Source of the DNA: Candidatus Oxydemutatoraceae bacterium
Lineage (GTDB): Bacteria; Pseudomonadota; Gammaproteobacteria; Poriferisulfidales; Oxydemutatoraceae
Direction: 5' to 3'
NCBI GenBank assembly: GCA_965226235.1
Contig: OZ245335.1
Location: 1,137,660-1,201,659 of the forward strand
DNA: 64,000 nucleotides
Shown: positions 44,871 to 54,404 of the stretch, piece by piece
Layout: every line of letters begins with the position of its first letter
Position numbering within the stretch: position 1 is the stretch's first letter
Notes under the pieces: generated by a model
Told to the model about the DNA's origin: nothing
Seen by the model: the letters and a program-made list of their open reading frames with translations, nothing else
Database searches by the model: none
Made by a program: the position numbers and the translations under genes

Positions 44871-47378
44871 ATCACTTTGAGTGGCGAACGCGCCGGTGCT
44901 GTAGGCGAAAGCGTTTGCCGTCTGGTCCGCATCATTCATGCCGCCATCGCTGAACTCCACCAGCACGCAGCGGTGATCCGGACCAAGCCCCTCGTCCGCC
45001 AAATACCAAGCGTACTTCCTGTCGGACTCCGGCATCATTGGCTGTCGCGAGGCCGAAGGCGCAGGACACGGCTTCGGCGCGCTGTAGATCCTGTTCCTGT
45101 CGTCTATCCGGAAGGGAGCCCAATCCCATTCTCCGTCCGGCTGTTGCTGGTGCACGTAATAGTAATAGCGCGAGCCGCCCACCCTGATAGCATCGGCAAG
45201 CTCGATCAACACCGAAGCCGTCCCACCATTGAGCGCACCGCTACCGCCTTGCCTGGCGCTGAAAACCTGTCCGGACTGAAGATCGCGCGTGGGTGCACCG
45301 CCAGCGAAAGTGATCACGAAATCGAACACCCCGGCCACAATCCCTCGCAATTCAGGAAACAGCTCCGGATCCGCAAACAACCGGGTGCTTGAATCGCCAA
45401 GCGCGGCAAAAGGACCGGCCAGGAGGCGACCATCGCCACCACCATTCACCCGCGTCACAGTGGAAATCGTGCCATCAGCCAATTTCGTCACCACCTGATC
45501 CCCATCGGCACTGTCGTAGTAAACCGTATCGACGCCAAACAGCTTGAATCTCCTCGTTTCCGTCACCGTGAAAGTCGTACCGTCATCCGGATCCACCACC
45601 TCGGTAGAGGTCGACGCCACGATCTCGAAGATGAACGAACTCGTGGGCGGATACGGTAATTCCGTCTCGGAAGACTTGCCGAGAGTCTCGATCACCACGT
45701 GGTCGGTACTGGCATTGATTTGCACCGCGCGCGCAAAACTTGCCGACCCAAGCAGTGCAAAAGAGCGGGTTTCCGTGTTGTAGCTGTAGATGACCACATC
45801 GAAATAGCCACCGAAATCAATGCGCTTCGGCTCGCTCTTGAGAAACGGACCATTGTTGTCTTCGTTCTCCGCAAGCACAGGCAACGGTCCGTCCTGCGGC
45901 ACCAAGCTTATACGGTCGTTGCCCAGAGAGTACAGGCCGTGGCTCGAAATCAGACCCCTGACGTGGCTGTCAACCAGCAGTTCGACACCGTCACGAAACG
46001 CAACGCCGTTGAGTTCGGTTATCTGTACATCGTTGGTTATCCGTGTGTCGATGAACCGCGTAATATCCGTAATATCCACGGTATATCCAGGATCGGCGAA
46101 AGTAATCTCGACACCGGCGAAAGTAATCTCACTTCCTACTACGACAAAATCTCCACTGATATCTTGTTCTGTATCGACGCCACCGACATCAAGCGGCACA
46201 ACGACTTCCGTCGTATCCCTGTCATACAGCCAGGAGTTGGTGACAAATCCGACCGGTGGCGCTATGTAGATCAGCCGGGGGTCGCCCAACTGGATCAAAT
46301 CACCTTCGGAGTCTTTCGCCACATTGCCATCGTCATCGAGACCCACCCAGTACAGCACGCTCCTGTAGGGAGGTAGCGCTATCCGCGAGTCTTCCGCCAG
46401 TCGCTGCAGGATATTGCAGACCCCTGGCGCTGGCGTCTCCGTCGATACCACCGAATTGGCAGCCAGATGCACCACGCAAGCGCCGAGCGAGCGGCTGAAG
46501 CCGCTCCTCAGCAATGCGGCGGCGTCTATCGCGGTTTCGGCACCGATGCCCGGAACCAGGATATAAACGGGAAGGTCGGTGCCTGTAGTCGCAATCGCTC
46601 CGGGCGCAAGATTCTCGACGGCGTTAATGAAGTCATCCGCGATGGCGCCATCCTCATCAATGGCCGGAACAGGCTCAAAGGCAGGTTCGATCACAACCTC
46701 CAGCGTCACCGGACCTACGGTACCCACCTCCATGTTGCTCGACATCACCACGCCCGTTGCCGTTACCGTCACAACCCCAGACTCCTCGGCCACATCCGCA
46801 TGGATCGTCAACATCGCGCGTGAATCCGTCTCCGTCAGCGTCACTTCCGACTCGTCGACCGTCACCGTCTCCGCCGTCAGCGTCACCACCACGCTATCGC
46901 CATCAAGCAAATCGGCATTGCTCAACACCAGCTCAACCTCGGTCATCCCGCCCGCCAGCACCCGCGCCGTGGTCGCAGGGACGAACGCCAGCCTGAACCG
47001 GCGTATGGGCTGCACGGGCTGCACCGGCACCAACGCAGGGTCGATTTCTGCGTTGAGCAGCGCCGCACCGAATGTCGCCTCCAGCACCCCTGCGGTCGCG
47101 GCCGATGTCGCGCTCAGCGTCGAGGCGGCCTCGACGCTGGATGTGGGACTCGTTACGTCAAACACCACTGGGGACAGCGTCACGCCGACACCATCGGTGT
47201 ATGTCCAATCGACCGTCAGTGTCTCGCCCGCAAACAGACGCGACGCACCGAACGGCGTGTCGACCCCCGACAGGGTCACGACGACCGGGATGCTTTCGCC
47301 CGCGATCACCTGCACGCCGGTGTTGATCTCCAGGCTACCACGCCTCCAGCGTGCCAACGTTTCGACCAGAAAATCCAC
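43140..47378 (-). CDS. Giant-protein segment (1412 aa): Ig-like units, a ~610-aa non-repetitive region, then the first Calx-beta-like triads
   Basis: Track ORF. The N-terminal MDFLVETLARWRRGSLEINTGVQVIAG is the tail of a P-domain (GTLEAWSLEIN), so the ORF begins mid-domain. The C-terminus ..IPEMRAYAETTQVRINENGGKYSMACHS* breaks off where intact paralogs continue ..NENGGKYEWRAILDADERPHN. Confidence 0.8.
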   Translation of the reverse strand: MDFLVETLARWRRGSLEINTGVQVIAGESIPVVVTLSGVDTPFGASRLFAGETLTVDWTYTDGVGVTLSPVVFDVTSPTSSVEAASTLSATSAATAGVLEATFGAALLNAEIDPALVPVQPVQPIRRFRLAFVPATTARVLAGGMTEVELVLSNADLLDGDSVVVTLTAETVTVDESEVTLTETDSRAMLTIHADVAEESGVVTVTATGVVMSSNMEVGTVGPVTLEVVIEPAFEPVPAIDEDGAIADDFINAVENLAPGAIATTGTDLPVYILVPGIGAETAIDAAALLRSGFSRSLGACVVHLAANSVVSTETPAPGVCNILQRLAEDSRIALPPYRSVLYWVGLDDDGNVAKDSEGDLIQLGDPRLIYIAPPVGFVTNSWLYDRDTTEVVVPLDVGGVDTEQDISGDFVVVGSEITFAGVEITFADPGYTVDITDITRFIDTRITNDVQITELNGVAFRDGVELLVDSHVRGLISSHGLYSLGNDRISLVPQDGPLPVLAENEDNNGPFLKSEPKRIDFGGYFDVVIYSYNTETRSFALLGSASFARAVQINASTDHVVIETLGKSSETELPYPPTSSFIFEIVASTSTEVVDPDDGTTFTVTETRRFKLFGVDTVYYDSADGDQVVTKLADGTISTVTRVNGGGDGRLLAGPFAALGDSSTRLFADPELFPELRGIVAGVFDFVITFAGGAPTRDLQSGQVFSARQGGSGALNGGTASVLIELADAIRVGGSRYYYYVHQQQPDGEWDWAPFRIDDRNRIYSAPKPCPAPSASRQPMMPESDRKYAWYLADEGLGPDHRCVLVEFSDGGMNDADQTANAFAYSTGAFATQSDGGGGGDTTLVTITAVGAVGDSSLVEVDEDDEIVFELTRTGDLTSPLTVTVEIDEPRDADRVLDDTAPFEKTVVFPAGVSMTQLAVLTFSDLEFEEDTVVTALLAPAEVAEGESGYYAAGSPGLASVLVLDDDIPEMRVYAATTQVRIREGGELYLWRAILEADERPHNRPFAHRQQIAIDIFSIRYLLEKESVSAASADDVSRQFPGGDFGASISGPAGVRRDIHGLEFSQVMGSGQWRDPINSFAALRAEDDDQMEGDETLLVDFHQDNSSDPRVSLINSLPGRLDVDGDEVFPDTIITIVDNDFVKIAANNPEVDEGEEIVFELTRPGDTASSLTVTVQIEEPQDANSVFGITAPFEKTVMFPADESTTQLRVPTVDDAIVGSNTTVTAMVVFSPDYSASPGDEEYYNASSRPASVVVLNDDDTPLVTLVTITAVGAVGDSGLVEVSEGGEIVFELTRTGDPTSELPVTVLVEEAGDGNQTEMTSLFPAGDLRQQLRVSTIADNEFEEHTTVTATVLPADAGTEGGPGYYAVGSPSSASVLVLDDDIPEMRAYAETTQVRINENGGKYSMACHS

Positions 47379-47592
47379 CTACCCGTCAGTACCCACTCGC
47401 CCTGCCGGGTGTCGGCCTACCAAAGTCGGCCAGACCTGCATGATCGCAGCGAGGTGTATGTTTTCTCGAAGAGATTGCTCTGGTCAGTGCAACAACCCGC
47501 CGTCATTCAACGCCACCACCGTCCCCTCGGGAGGCACCAGCACAACGCGCAGGTCTCGCTGATATTCGGGTGCCGGATCTCTACCTGCACCG
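47379..47592 (-). pseudogene. Decayed P-domain copy at the junction of the 2267-aa and 1412-aa ORFs
   Basis: The plus strand at 47327-47760 aligns base-for-base with the intact copy at 1361-1790. It carries several small insertions, e.g. ggctaccacgcc vs ggctccacgcc, gtatgttttctcgaag vs gtatgtctcgaag, and gatcgcagcgagg vs gatccagcgagg. The P-domain sense therefore jumps phase at least 4 times in about 300 bp. Confidence 0.7.
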
Positions 47593-50500
47593 TCAGCGAT
47601 TCGATCGTGATTTCGTCCGGGCACAGTGATGACACTGCGCACCGACTGACTGCCCATCCGGGATCAGCGCCACCGGTCTACTCGCCCCGACGAACGGCGC
47701 GTCGCCAAACGGCGCGCCCGACAGCGACAGGCGGAAGCGCCGCGGCGCGATCTCCACCGGTAGCGCTGCCGGTGCGATCTCGGCGTTGACCGAAATGGCG
47801 CCCGCTGCGACCGCCGTCAATGTCCCGCGCGTCGCGGAGAGCAGCGCCGTCAGCTCCACGCCGACGGTGGTGCGCTCCGCGTCGAATATCACCATCTGCT
47901 CGGACAGCGCAACGCCGGTGCCATCGTCATACGCCAGCGCCACTTCCAGCGTCTCGTTCGCAAACAACTGCGGCGTCCCGAGCGGGGTTTCGACCGCCAC
48001 CAGCGAAGCCGTCACCGCCGCGCTGCCGCCTGCAAGCACCGGCGCGAATCCGTTGATCTCCAGACTCCACGCCTCCAGCGTGCCGGTGTCACCAGAAACA
48101 TAGTCACCTACCGACAGTGTCCACTCGCCCTGCGCGGGCGCCCCTACCAAAGCAGCCAGACCTGCATGATCCAGCGAGGTGTATGTCTCGAAGAGATTCT
48201 CCGCAGAGCCGCTCACAAAGTCATGCAACACCACCACCGCCCCCTCGGGAGAAACCAGCAAAACGTTCAGGTCTCCGATATCCAAGTGACTGATCTCTAC
48301 CCGCACCGCCAGCGATTCAATCGTGATTTCGTCCCCCACATTGATGAAGCTGTGCACCGACTGCATACCCGTATTATCCGGGATCAACTCGTTCGGGCGC
48401 TCCGTCCGACTGAACTTCCCAGCCGCCGGCGACAGCGATAGCCGGAAGCGCCGCGGCACGAACTCCACCCGCAGGGAGACTGGAACTACCCGCGTGTGCA
48501 AAACCTGTTCGCCGTCCGACTCCAACTCCACCCGGCCAGTTAAGCCCAGCGTCACCGTTTGTAGCGGCACATCCGAGTTGACGTCCGTCGAAAATGTGAC
48601 TACATCCCCCACTTCCGTGCGTTGACCGCTGCTGACGCGACCATTGGGCAGCGGCGGCACAAGATTCAAAATGAACTCCTCGCCCATCCCCAGCAACTCC
48701 GGATTGTCCAGCACCAGCCGCACCGAATTAGAGCCGCCAACCAGAATCTGCACCGTCGGGGTGATGATCTCAAGCGGCGCGCCGTCCAGTGTGGTGAAGG
48801 AGAAAGTAAACTCGCGCAACACCTGCACCGGCGCCGGGTTGATCGTAACGTCCAGCTCCACCGGACCTACGGTAGCCACATCCGCGTCAGCCAACTTCAC
48901 CGCGCCCGTCGCCGTTATCTTCCCAACCTCAAGCGTCTCGCCCGCAGCCGCCCTGATCGTCAACGTCTCGCTTGGCTCATCCGCCGTCAGCGTCACCGAC
49001 ACGACATCGTCACTGACCCCCACCGTATCCGTCCCGACGACCGTCACCGTCTCCGTCGTAAGCGTCACCACCACGCGATCGGCATACACTCCGTCAAGCG
49101 ACTCGGCATTGGTCAACACCAGCTCAACCTCGGTCATCCCGCCCGCCAGAACCGACGCCGCCGCAAGCGGATCGTCCTCCGCCGTCAAGAACGACAACGA
49201 CACAATGTCGTTGTCGATGATCCGAATCTTATGCGTAGCCTGAGCCATACTCACCCACCGAATCCGGTCGTCAGAACCGATTTTCCTGATAAATAACCTG
49301 AAAGTCTCTTCCCCTTCCGCTATCGCGTCGTCGATTATCGTGACCGGCGGCGCTGGAACCACCTTGCTCCACACATCCCTGTCTTCCTCGAAAATAAAAC
49401 CCGCGTAGCTAATACTTACTTCGGTACTGAACGCAACAAAGTCGGCGGATTGCATGGCGTTGTCCTCGCTTTCCAGACGAGTGAAATACCTCAGCGAAAA
49501 GTGATCCTGCACATGCCCGTCTACCCGAATCTCATCGTGCGGAGGCTCGTCTCCCAGGGTCTCCACTGAAATTTCCACCGTGTCGTATTCGTCCCCCTCA
49601 TCGACCTCTCCCGTCAATGACACGAACCTGAAACGTATGGCGGGGATATCGTTGTCCAGCACCTGCACCGACGCCGACAGCGGCAGAACCGGACCATACT
49701 CCTCGCCCGGCAGCGGCAGCACCGTCGCCATTACCGTCGTACGCAATGGCTCCCACACAGTATCGTCGTTCACCGCCAACTGTAACGTCGCCGTCATGGA
49801 ATTCGCCTCGAATACCGCCGAAGCCCTGTACGGCGCATCCTCGACCAGCACCCGGTTACCGTCCCGCGGCTCATCGACACTCACCCGAACCGTCAACGGC
49901 GAAGACAGGTCGTCGCTCTGACGCGTCAATGTGAAAACAATCCCCAGGGCATCGTCCTCGTTCACCTCCGGCGCAGCGGCTTCGATCAACACGCCCGTCA
50001 CCACCCGCACCGGCAAAGCCGCCGACTGTTCCACCATCACGCGCGGCAATGGCATCTCCTCTGTCTGCAACCTTAACTCGCCCGACATCGCGTCGGCATC
50101 TGCCATCAGCGTAATTACCGGCGATAAATCGTCCGACATCACCACCAGTGTCAAGGACGATACCGTCATCCCCGCCGGAGCGGTTAACTCCGCCATCACT
50201 TCTTCGCCAGCCGCCAAGCTCTCGCCTCGGACGCCCTCCAGAGATACCAGCACCCGCGCCGGCCCCCCCGCCCCTATTAGCACCTCCGACAACTCGACCC
50301 TCGTCTCCGCCGAACGGAAAACCCACATAAACTCACGACTGTCGATCACGTTTACAGCCAACTCGCCGTTCACAAAATCCACGCCCAAGAGATTCGTCGG
50401 TGAACTCGTCACAACGGCGCTCAGTGTTGTCGCTCCGAGGTCCCCCGCCAAAGCCTCCAATTCCACCTCGTGGCTCGGGGTCAATGCGGAGAACTCCAGC

Positions 50501-53500
50501 GTCTCCATAGACACCAGCCTCACCGTGCTGTCATCCGCCAGGCTCAACTCGACTACAACGCGCTCTGCCGGCAGTAGCAGTGACGCACCGGTCAAAGACA
50601 AGTTCACCGTCTCCGTCGTCCCCGCCAGCATCCCGATCTCCGGCGGTGTGAACTCCAGGCGAAATTCCTGCGGCAAAACCTCGATCGCCAACGACGTCGG
50701 CTCGACCATCGCTTTCGCCAAACCACTGCCGGTCAGCTCCAGCACACCCCGCGTCGCGGTCGGCAATGCCGTCACCGTCGCTACGCTCGCGGGGCTGTCC
50801 ACGCTCAACGATACCGGCAACAGGCTCACGCCCACCCCATCCTTGTAAACAAAATGTACCTGCAATGTCTCGCCCGCGAACAACCGCCCTGTACCCAGCG
50901 GCGTATCCACGCCCGAAACGCGCACCCTCACCTCGGTCGTGCTGCCCGCGACCACTCGTCCGGATCCATGAACCGACAAGCGAAAACTCCGCGGCACGAC
51001 CTCCACCGCCAGAGAAGCCGAAGCCACCTGTGCATCCGCAACCATGGAACCGTCCAACAACACCTCACCCGACGCCTCCACCTCCTCCAGCAACGGCCCC
51101 GCTTCAGTCCCCGCCGCGATGGTCACCACCATACTCGATGCCCTCCGCGTCAGCGTCAGTTCCGGCTCAACGGTGGTCCCCGTCGTCGCCGACAGCGTGA
51201 GCCGCACCACCTCGTTCATCCTCAAATCTTCGGGGTTTTGCAACGCCACTGCGACCCTGGTCTCGCCGCCAGCCAGTACCTGTGCGACCTCGAGCGCCCC
51301 GCCTCCCGGCGTCTTGAACTCCAGCGTGAGAAGCCGTCGCATGATGATCCTCACATCCAGTGGCACAATTTCAACCACCTCTTTCGGCGACCTGTCGGGT
51401 GGCACGAACGCAAGCAGCACTCCATCGGTCGCTTGCGCGGACGCCGTCAGCGTCACATCGACCTCGGTGCTTCCCTCCATGAACACAAACGGCTCCACCG
51501 TGACCTCTCCCTCGCCGCTGTAGCCGAAGAGATTGATATTCAACGTCTCGCGTGCGGACAATGTCGGGGCACCCAACGGCGTCTTTACCCCCACCAGGCG
51601 CGCCGTAATCGCCGTCGAAATACCCGCCACCACCCGCGCCTGCCGCGGCGCCCGCAGCCCGAAACCGATGCCCCATGCCTCCAGCCTGCCTGTCTGCAGT
51701 GGGTAATAGTCACCTACCTCCAGCTTCCACTCGCCCTGCGAGCCTGCCCCAATCAGCGAACTCAGGCTATCCCCCCGCGTCGTGTAAACCTCCCTCATAT
51801 AATCGCGGAAGAATTCTGATTCTTCTTCTGGTGATGGTCGTGGACTCCGCTCATGAAGTATCACCCTCGTCAAGTCCGGCGCAGTCAGCGCAATACGCAG
51901 ATTCCCCTGGGCTGGGTGCATGATCGATACCATCACCCATGCCGACTCGATCGTGCTGTCCTCCACCACGTTGAGCACGCTGTGCACCGATAGATCCCCC
52001 GTATTGTCCGGAATTGCCACGGGCGAGTCGAGAAACCGCGTGTAGGTAGCCCCCGGGTCGCTCGACGTCTCACCCAGCTCCAGCCGGAACCGCCGTGGCA
52101 CGATCTCCACCGCCAGGGAAGCCGAAACCGCCCCCGCATCCATAACCACGGAACCGCTCGACAACACTTCTCCCGACGCCTCCACCTCCCCCAGCAACGG
52201 CCCAGATTCAGTCCCCGCCGCGATGCTCACCACCGCACTCGATGTCATCTGCGTCAGCGTCGGTCCAGGCACATCGGTGGTTACCCCCCCCATCGCCGAC
52301 AGCGTGACTTGCACCTCCTCGCCCGGCAGCAACTGTCCTGGATTTTGCAACGCCACCGCAACCCTGGTCGTCCCGCCAGCCAGCACCCGTGCCTCTGGCA
52401 GCATCCCACCTTCCGGCGTCTTGAACTCCAGCGTGAGAAGCCGAAGCTGCCGCATGAGCCTCACCTCCAGCGGCACAATTTCAACCACCGCTTTCAGCAG
52501 CCTGGCGGGTGGCACGAACGCAAGCAGCACTCCATCGGTCGCTTGCGCGGACGCCGTCAGCGTCACATCGACCTCGGTGCTTCCCTCCGTGAACTCGAAC
52601 GGCTCCACCGTGACCCCCTCCTCGCCGCTGTAGCCGAATACATCGACCGACAATGTCTCACCCGCGGACAGCACCGGGGCACCCAACGGCGTCTTTACCC
52701 CCACCAGGCGCGCCGTAATCTCCGTCGAAATACTCCGCACCACCGTCTGCCGCGGCGCCCGCAGCCCGAAACCGATGCCCCATGTATCCAGCCTGCCTGT
52801 CCCTCTGGCGTAATAGTCACCTACCTCCAGCTTCCACTCGCCCTGCGAGCCTGCCCCAACCAGCGAACTCAGGCTATCCCCCCGCGTCGTGTAAACCTCC
52901 CTTATATTATCGCGGGAGAAGTCTGAAGCTGATTGATGTTGATGTGCACGAAGTAACATCCTCGTCTCATCCGGCCTAGTCAGCGCAATACGCAGCTGCC
53001 CCCGGGATGGGTGCGTGATAGATACCATCACCCATGCCGACTCGATCGTGCTGTCCTCCTCCACGTTGATCATGCTGTGCACCGATAGATCCTTCGTATT
53101 GTCCGGAATTGCCACGGACGAGTTGAAAAACCGCATGTAGGTAGCCCCCGGGTCGCTCGACGTCTCACCCAGCTCCAGCCGGAACCGCCGTGGCACGATC
53201 TCCACCGCCAGGGAAGCCGAAACCACAGGCACATCCGCAACCATGGGATCGTCCGACAACACTTCTCCCGACGCCTCCACCTCCCCCAGCCGCGGCCCAA
53301 ATCCAGTCCCCGCCGCGATGCTCACCACCGTACTCGGCACATCCTCCGTCAGCGTCAGCGTCAGTCCAGGCACATCGGTGGTTACCACCATCGCCGACAG
53401 CGTGACCTGCACCTCCTCGCCCGGCAGCAACTGTTCGGGCTTTTGCAACGCCACCGCAACCCTGGTCGAGCCGCCAGCCAGCACCCGAGCGGCCTCGAGC

Positions 53501-54396
53501 GCCCTGCCTTCCGACGTCTTGAACACCAGCGTGAGAAGCCGCTGCACGATCCTCACCTCAAGCGGCACAACTTCAACCACCGCGTTCGGTAGCGCGAGGG
53601 GTGACACGAATGCGGATAGCACTCCATCGGTCGCTTGCACGGACACCGTCAGCGTCACATCGACCTCGGTGCTTCTCTCCGTGAACTCGAACGGCTCCGC
53701 CATAACCCCCTCGCCGCTGTAGCCGAATACATCGACCGACAATGTCTCACCCGCGGACAGCACCGGGTGACCCAACGGCGTCTCTATCCCCACCAGGCGC
53801 GCCGGCGCCGCTGTCGGAATACCCGCCACCGCCTGCACCTGCCGCGGTCCGAACCCGATGCCCCACGCGTCCAGACTGCCTATATCGTCAAGTGCATAGT
53901 CACCAACGGTCAGCACCCACTCGCCCCGCGATCCCGCTACATCCAGGTGATCCTGCAACGTATAAATCGTCCTTATACCATCGTAGCTTCCATCTTCCAT
54001 ATTATGAAGAGACACTCTCGTCTCATCCGGCGCAATCAACCCAACAATCAGATCGCTCGGCTCTGGGTGCGTGATCGATACCATCACCCATGCCGAATCG
54101 ATCGTGCTGTCCTCCACCACGTTGATCGTGCTACGCACCGATTGAGTACGCGTATTGTCCGGAATTGCCACGCCCGGGCTGAAAAGCCGCGTGTAGGTAA
54201 CCCCCGGGTCGCTTGACGCCTCACCCAGCTCCAGCCGGAACCGCCGTGGCACGACCTCCACCGCCAGAGAAGTCGAAGCCACCCGTGTATCCGCAACCAT
54301 GGAACCGCCCGACAACACCTCGCCTGACGCCTCCACCTTCCCCAGCTGCGGCCCAACTCCAGTCCTCGCCGCGATGCTCACCACCGTACTCGGCAT
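47593..54396 (-). CDS. Giant-protein segment (2267 aa): four ~355-aa Ig-Ig-P-domain modules, further Ig-like units, two Calx-beta-like domains, and one more P-domain
   Basis: Track ORF. The repeated block is VPRRFRLELGE.SSDPG.TY.RF..S.VAIPDNT...SV.S..NV.EDSTI.SAWVMVSI.HP....L...L..PD.TR..L...Y......L.G..S.GEW.L.VGDY.....G.L.AWGIGFG. Calx-like sequence (..ALGIVFTLTRQSDDLSSPLTVRVSVDEPRDGNRVL.., ..IIDDAIAEGEETFRLFI..IRIIDNDIVSLSF) lies at about 49.2-50.0 kb. The ORF starts mid-repeat (MPSTVVSIAA..) and ends in junk inside a P-domain (IPDGQSVGAQCHHCARTKSRSNR*). Confidence 0.8.
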   Translation of the reverse strand: MPSTVVSIAARTGVGPQLGKVEASGEVLSGGSMVADTRVASTSLAVEVVPRRFRLELGEASSDPGVTYTRLFSPGVAIPDNTRTQSVRSTINVVEDSTIDSAWVMVSITHPEPSDLIVGLIAPDETRVSLHNMEDGSYDGIRTIYTLQDHLDVAGSRGEWVLTVGDYALDDIGSLDAWGIGFGPRQVQAVAGIPTAAPARLVGIETPLGHPVLSAGETLSVDVFGYSGEGVMAEPFEFTERSTEVDVTLTVSVQATDGVLSAFVSPLALPNAVVEVVPLEVRIVQRLLTLVFKTSEGRALEAARVLAGGSTRVAVALQKPEQLLPGEEVQVTLSAMVVTTDVPGLTLTLTEDVPSTVVSIAAGTGFGPRLGEVEASGEVLSDDPMVADVPVVSASLAVEIVPRRFRLELGETSSDPGATYMRFFNSSVAIPDNTKDLSVHSMINVEEDSTIESAWVMVSITHPSRGQLRIALTRPDETRMLLRAHQHQSASDFSRDNIREVYTTRGDSLSSLVGAGSQGEWKLEVGDYYARGTGRLDTWGIGFGLRAPRQTVVRSISTEITARLVGVKTPLGAPVLSAGETLSVDVFGYSGEEGVTVEPFEFTEGSTEVDVTLTASAQATDGVLLAFVPPARLLKAVVEIVPLEVRLMRQLRLLTLEFKTPEGGMLPEARVLAGGTTRVAVALQNPGQLLPGEEVQVTLSAMGGVTTDVPGPTLTQMTSSAVVSIAAGTESGPLLGEVEASGEVLSSGSVVMDAGAVSASLAVEIVPRRFRLELGETSSDPGATYTRFLDSPVAIPDNTGDLSVHSVLNVVEDSTIESAWVMVSIMHPAQGNLRIALTAPDLTRVILHERSPRPSPEEESEFFRDYMREVYTTRGDSLSSLIGAGSQGEWKLEVGDYYPLQTGRLEAWGIGFGLRAPRQARVVAGISTAITARLVGVKTPLGAPTLSARETLNINLFGYSGEGEVTVEPFVFMEGSTEVDVTLTASAQATDGVLLAFVPPDRSPKEVVEIVPLDVRIIMRRLLTLEFKTPGGGALEVAQVLAGGETRVAVALQNPEDLRMNEVVRLTLSATTGTTVEPELTLTRRASSMVVTIAAGTEAGPLLEEVEASGEVLLDGSMVADAQVASASLAVEVVPRSFRLSVHGSGRVVAGSTTEVRVRVSGVDTPLGTGRLFAGETLQVHFVYKDGVGVSLLPVSLSVDSPASVATVTALPTATRGVLELTGSGLAKAMVEPTSLAIEVLPQEFRLEFTPPEIGMLAGTTETVNLSLTGASLLLPAERVVVELSLADDSTVRLVSMETLEFSALTPSHEVELEALAGDLGATTLSAVVTSSPTNLLGVDFVNGELAVNVIDSREFMWVFRSAETRVELSEVLIGAGGPARVLVSLEGVRGESLAAGEEVMAELTAPAGMTVSSLTLVVMSDDLSPVITLMADADAMSGELRLQTEEMPLPRVMVEQSAALPVRVVTGVLIEAAAPEVNEDDALGIVFTLTRQSDDLSSPLTVRVSVDEPRDGNRVLVEDAPYRASAVFEANSMTATLQLAVNDDTVWEPLRTTVMATVLPLPGEEYGPVLPLSASVQVLDNDIPAIRFRFVSLTGEVDEGDEYDTVEISVETLGDEPPHDEIRVDGHVQDHFSLRYFTRLESEDNAMQSADFVAFSTEVSISYAGFIFEEDRDVWSKVVPAPPVTIIDDAIAEGEETFRLFIRKIGSDDRIRWVSMAQATHKIRIIDNDIVSLSFLTAEDDPLAAASVLAGGMTEVELVLTNAESLDGVYADRVVVTLTTETVTVVGTDTVGVSDDVVSVTLTADEPSETLTIRAAAGETLEVGKITATGAVKLADADVATVGPVELDVTINPAPVQVLREFTFSFTTLDGAPLEIITPTVQILVGGSNSVRLVLDNPELLGMGEEFILNLVPPLPNGRVSSGQRTEVGDVVTFSTDVNSDVPLQTVTLGLTGRVELESDGEQVLHTRVVPVSLRVEFVPRRFRLSLSPAAGKFSRTERPNELIPDNTGMQSVHSFINVGDEITIESLAVRVEISHLDIGDLNVLLVSPEGAVVVLHDFVSGSAENLFETYTSLDHAGLAALVGAPAQGEWTLSVGDYVSGDTGTLEAWSLEINGFAPVLAGGSAAVTASLVAVETPLGTPQLFANETLEVALAYDDGTGVALSEQMVIFDAERTTVGVELTALLSATRGTLTAVAAGAISVNAEIAPAALPVEIAPRRFRLSLSGAPFGDAPFVGASRPVALIPDGQSVGAQCHHCARTKSRSNR

Positions 54397-54404
54397 CTCC
54401 TCCG

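Noticed and set aside
44840-44880. The glycine run SDGGGGGD and other G/D-rich spots as possible RTX nonapeptide (GGxGxDxUx) calcium-binding repeats indicating a T1SS substrate.
   Set aside because: It is a single short run with no tandem nonapeptide periodicity. No RTX block is visible anywhere in the window, and the true C-terminus is outside it.
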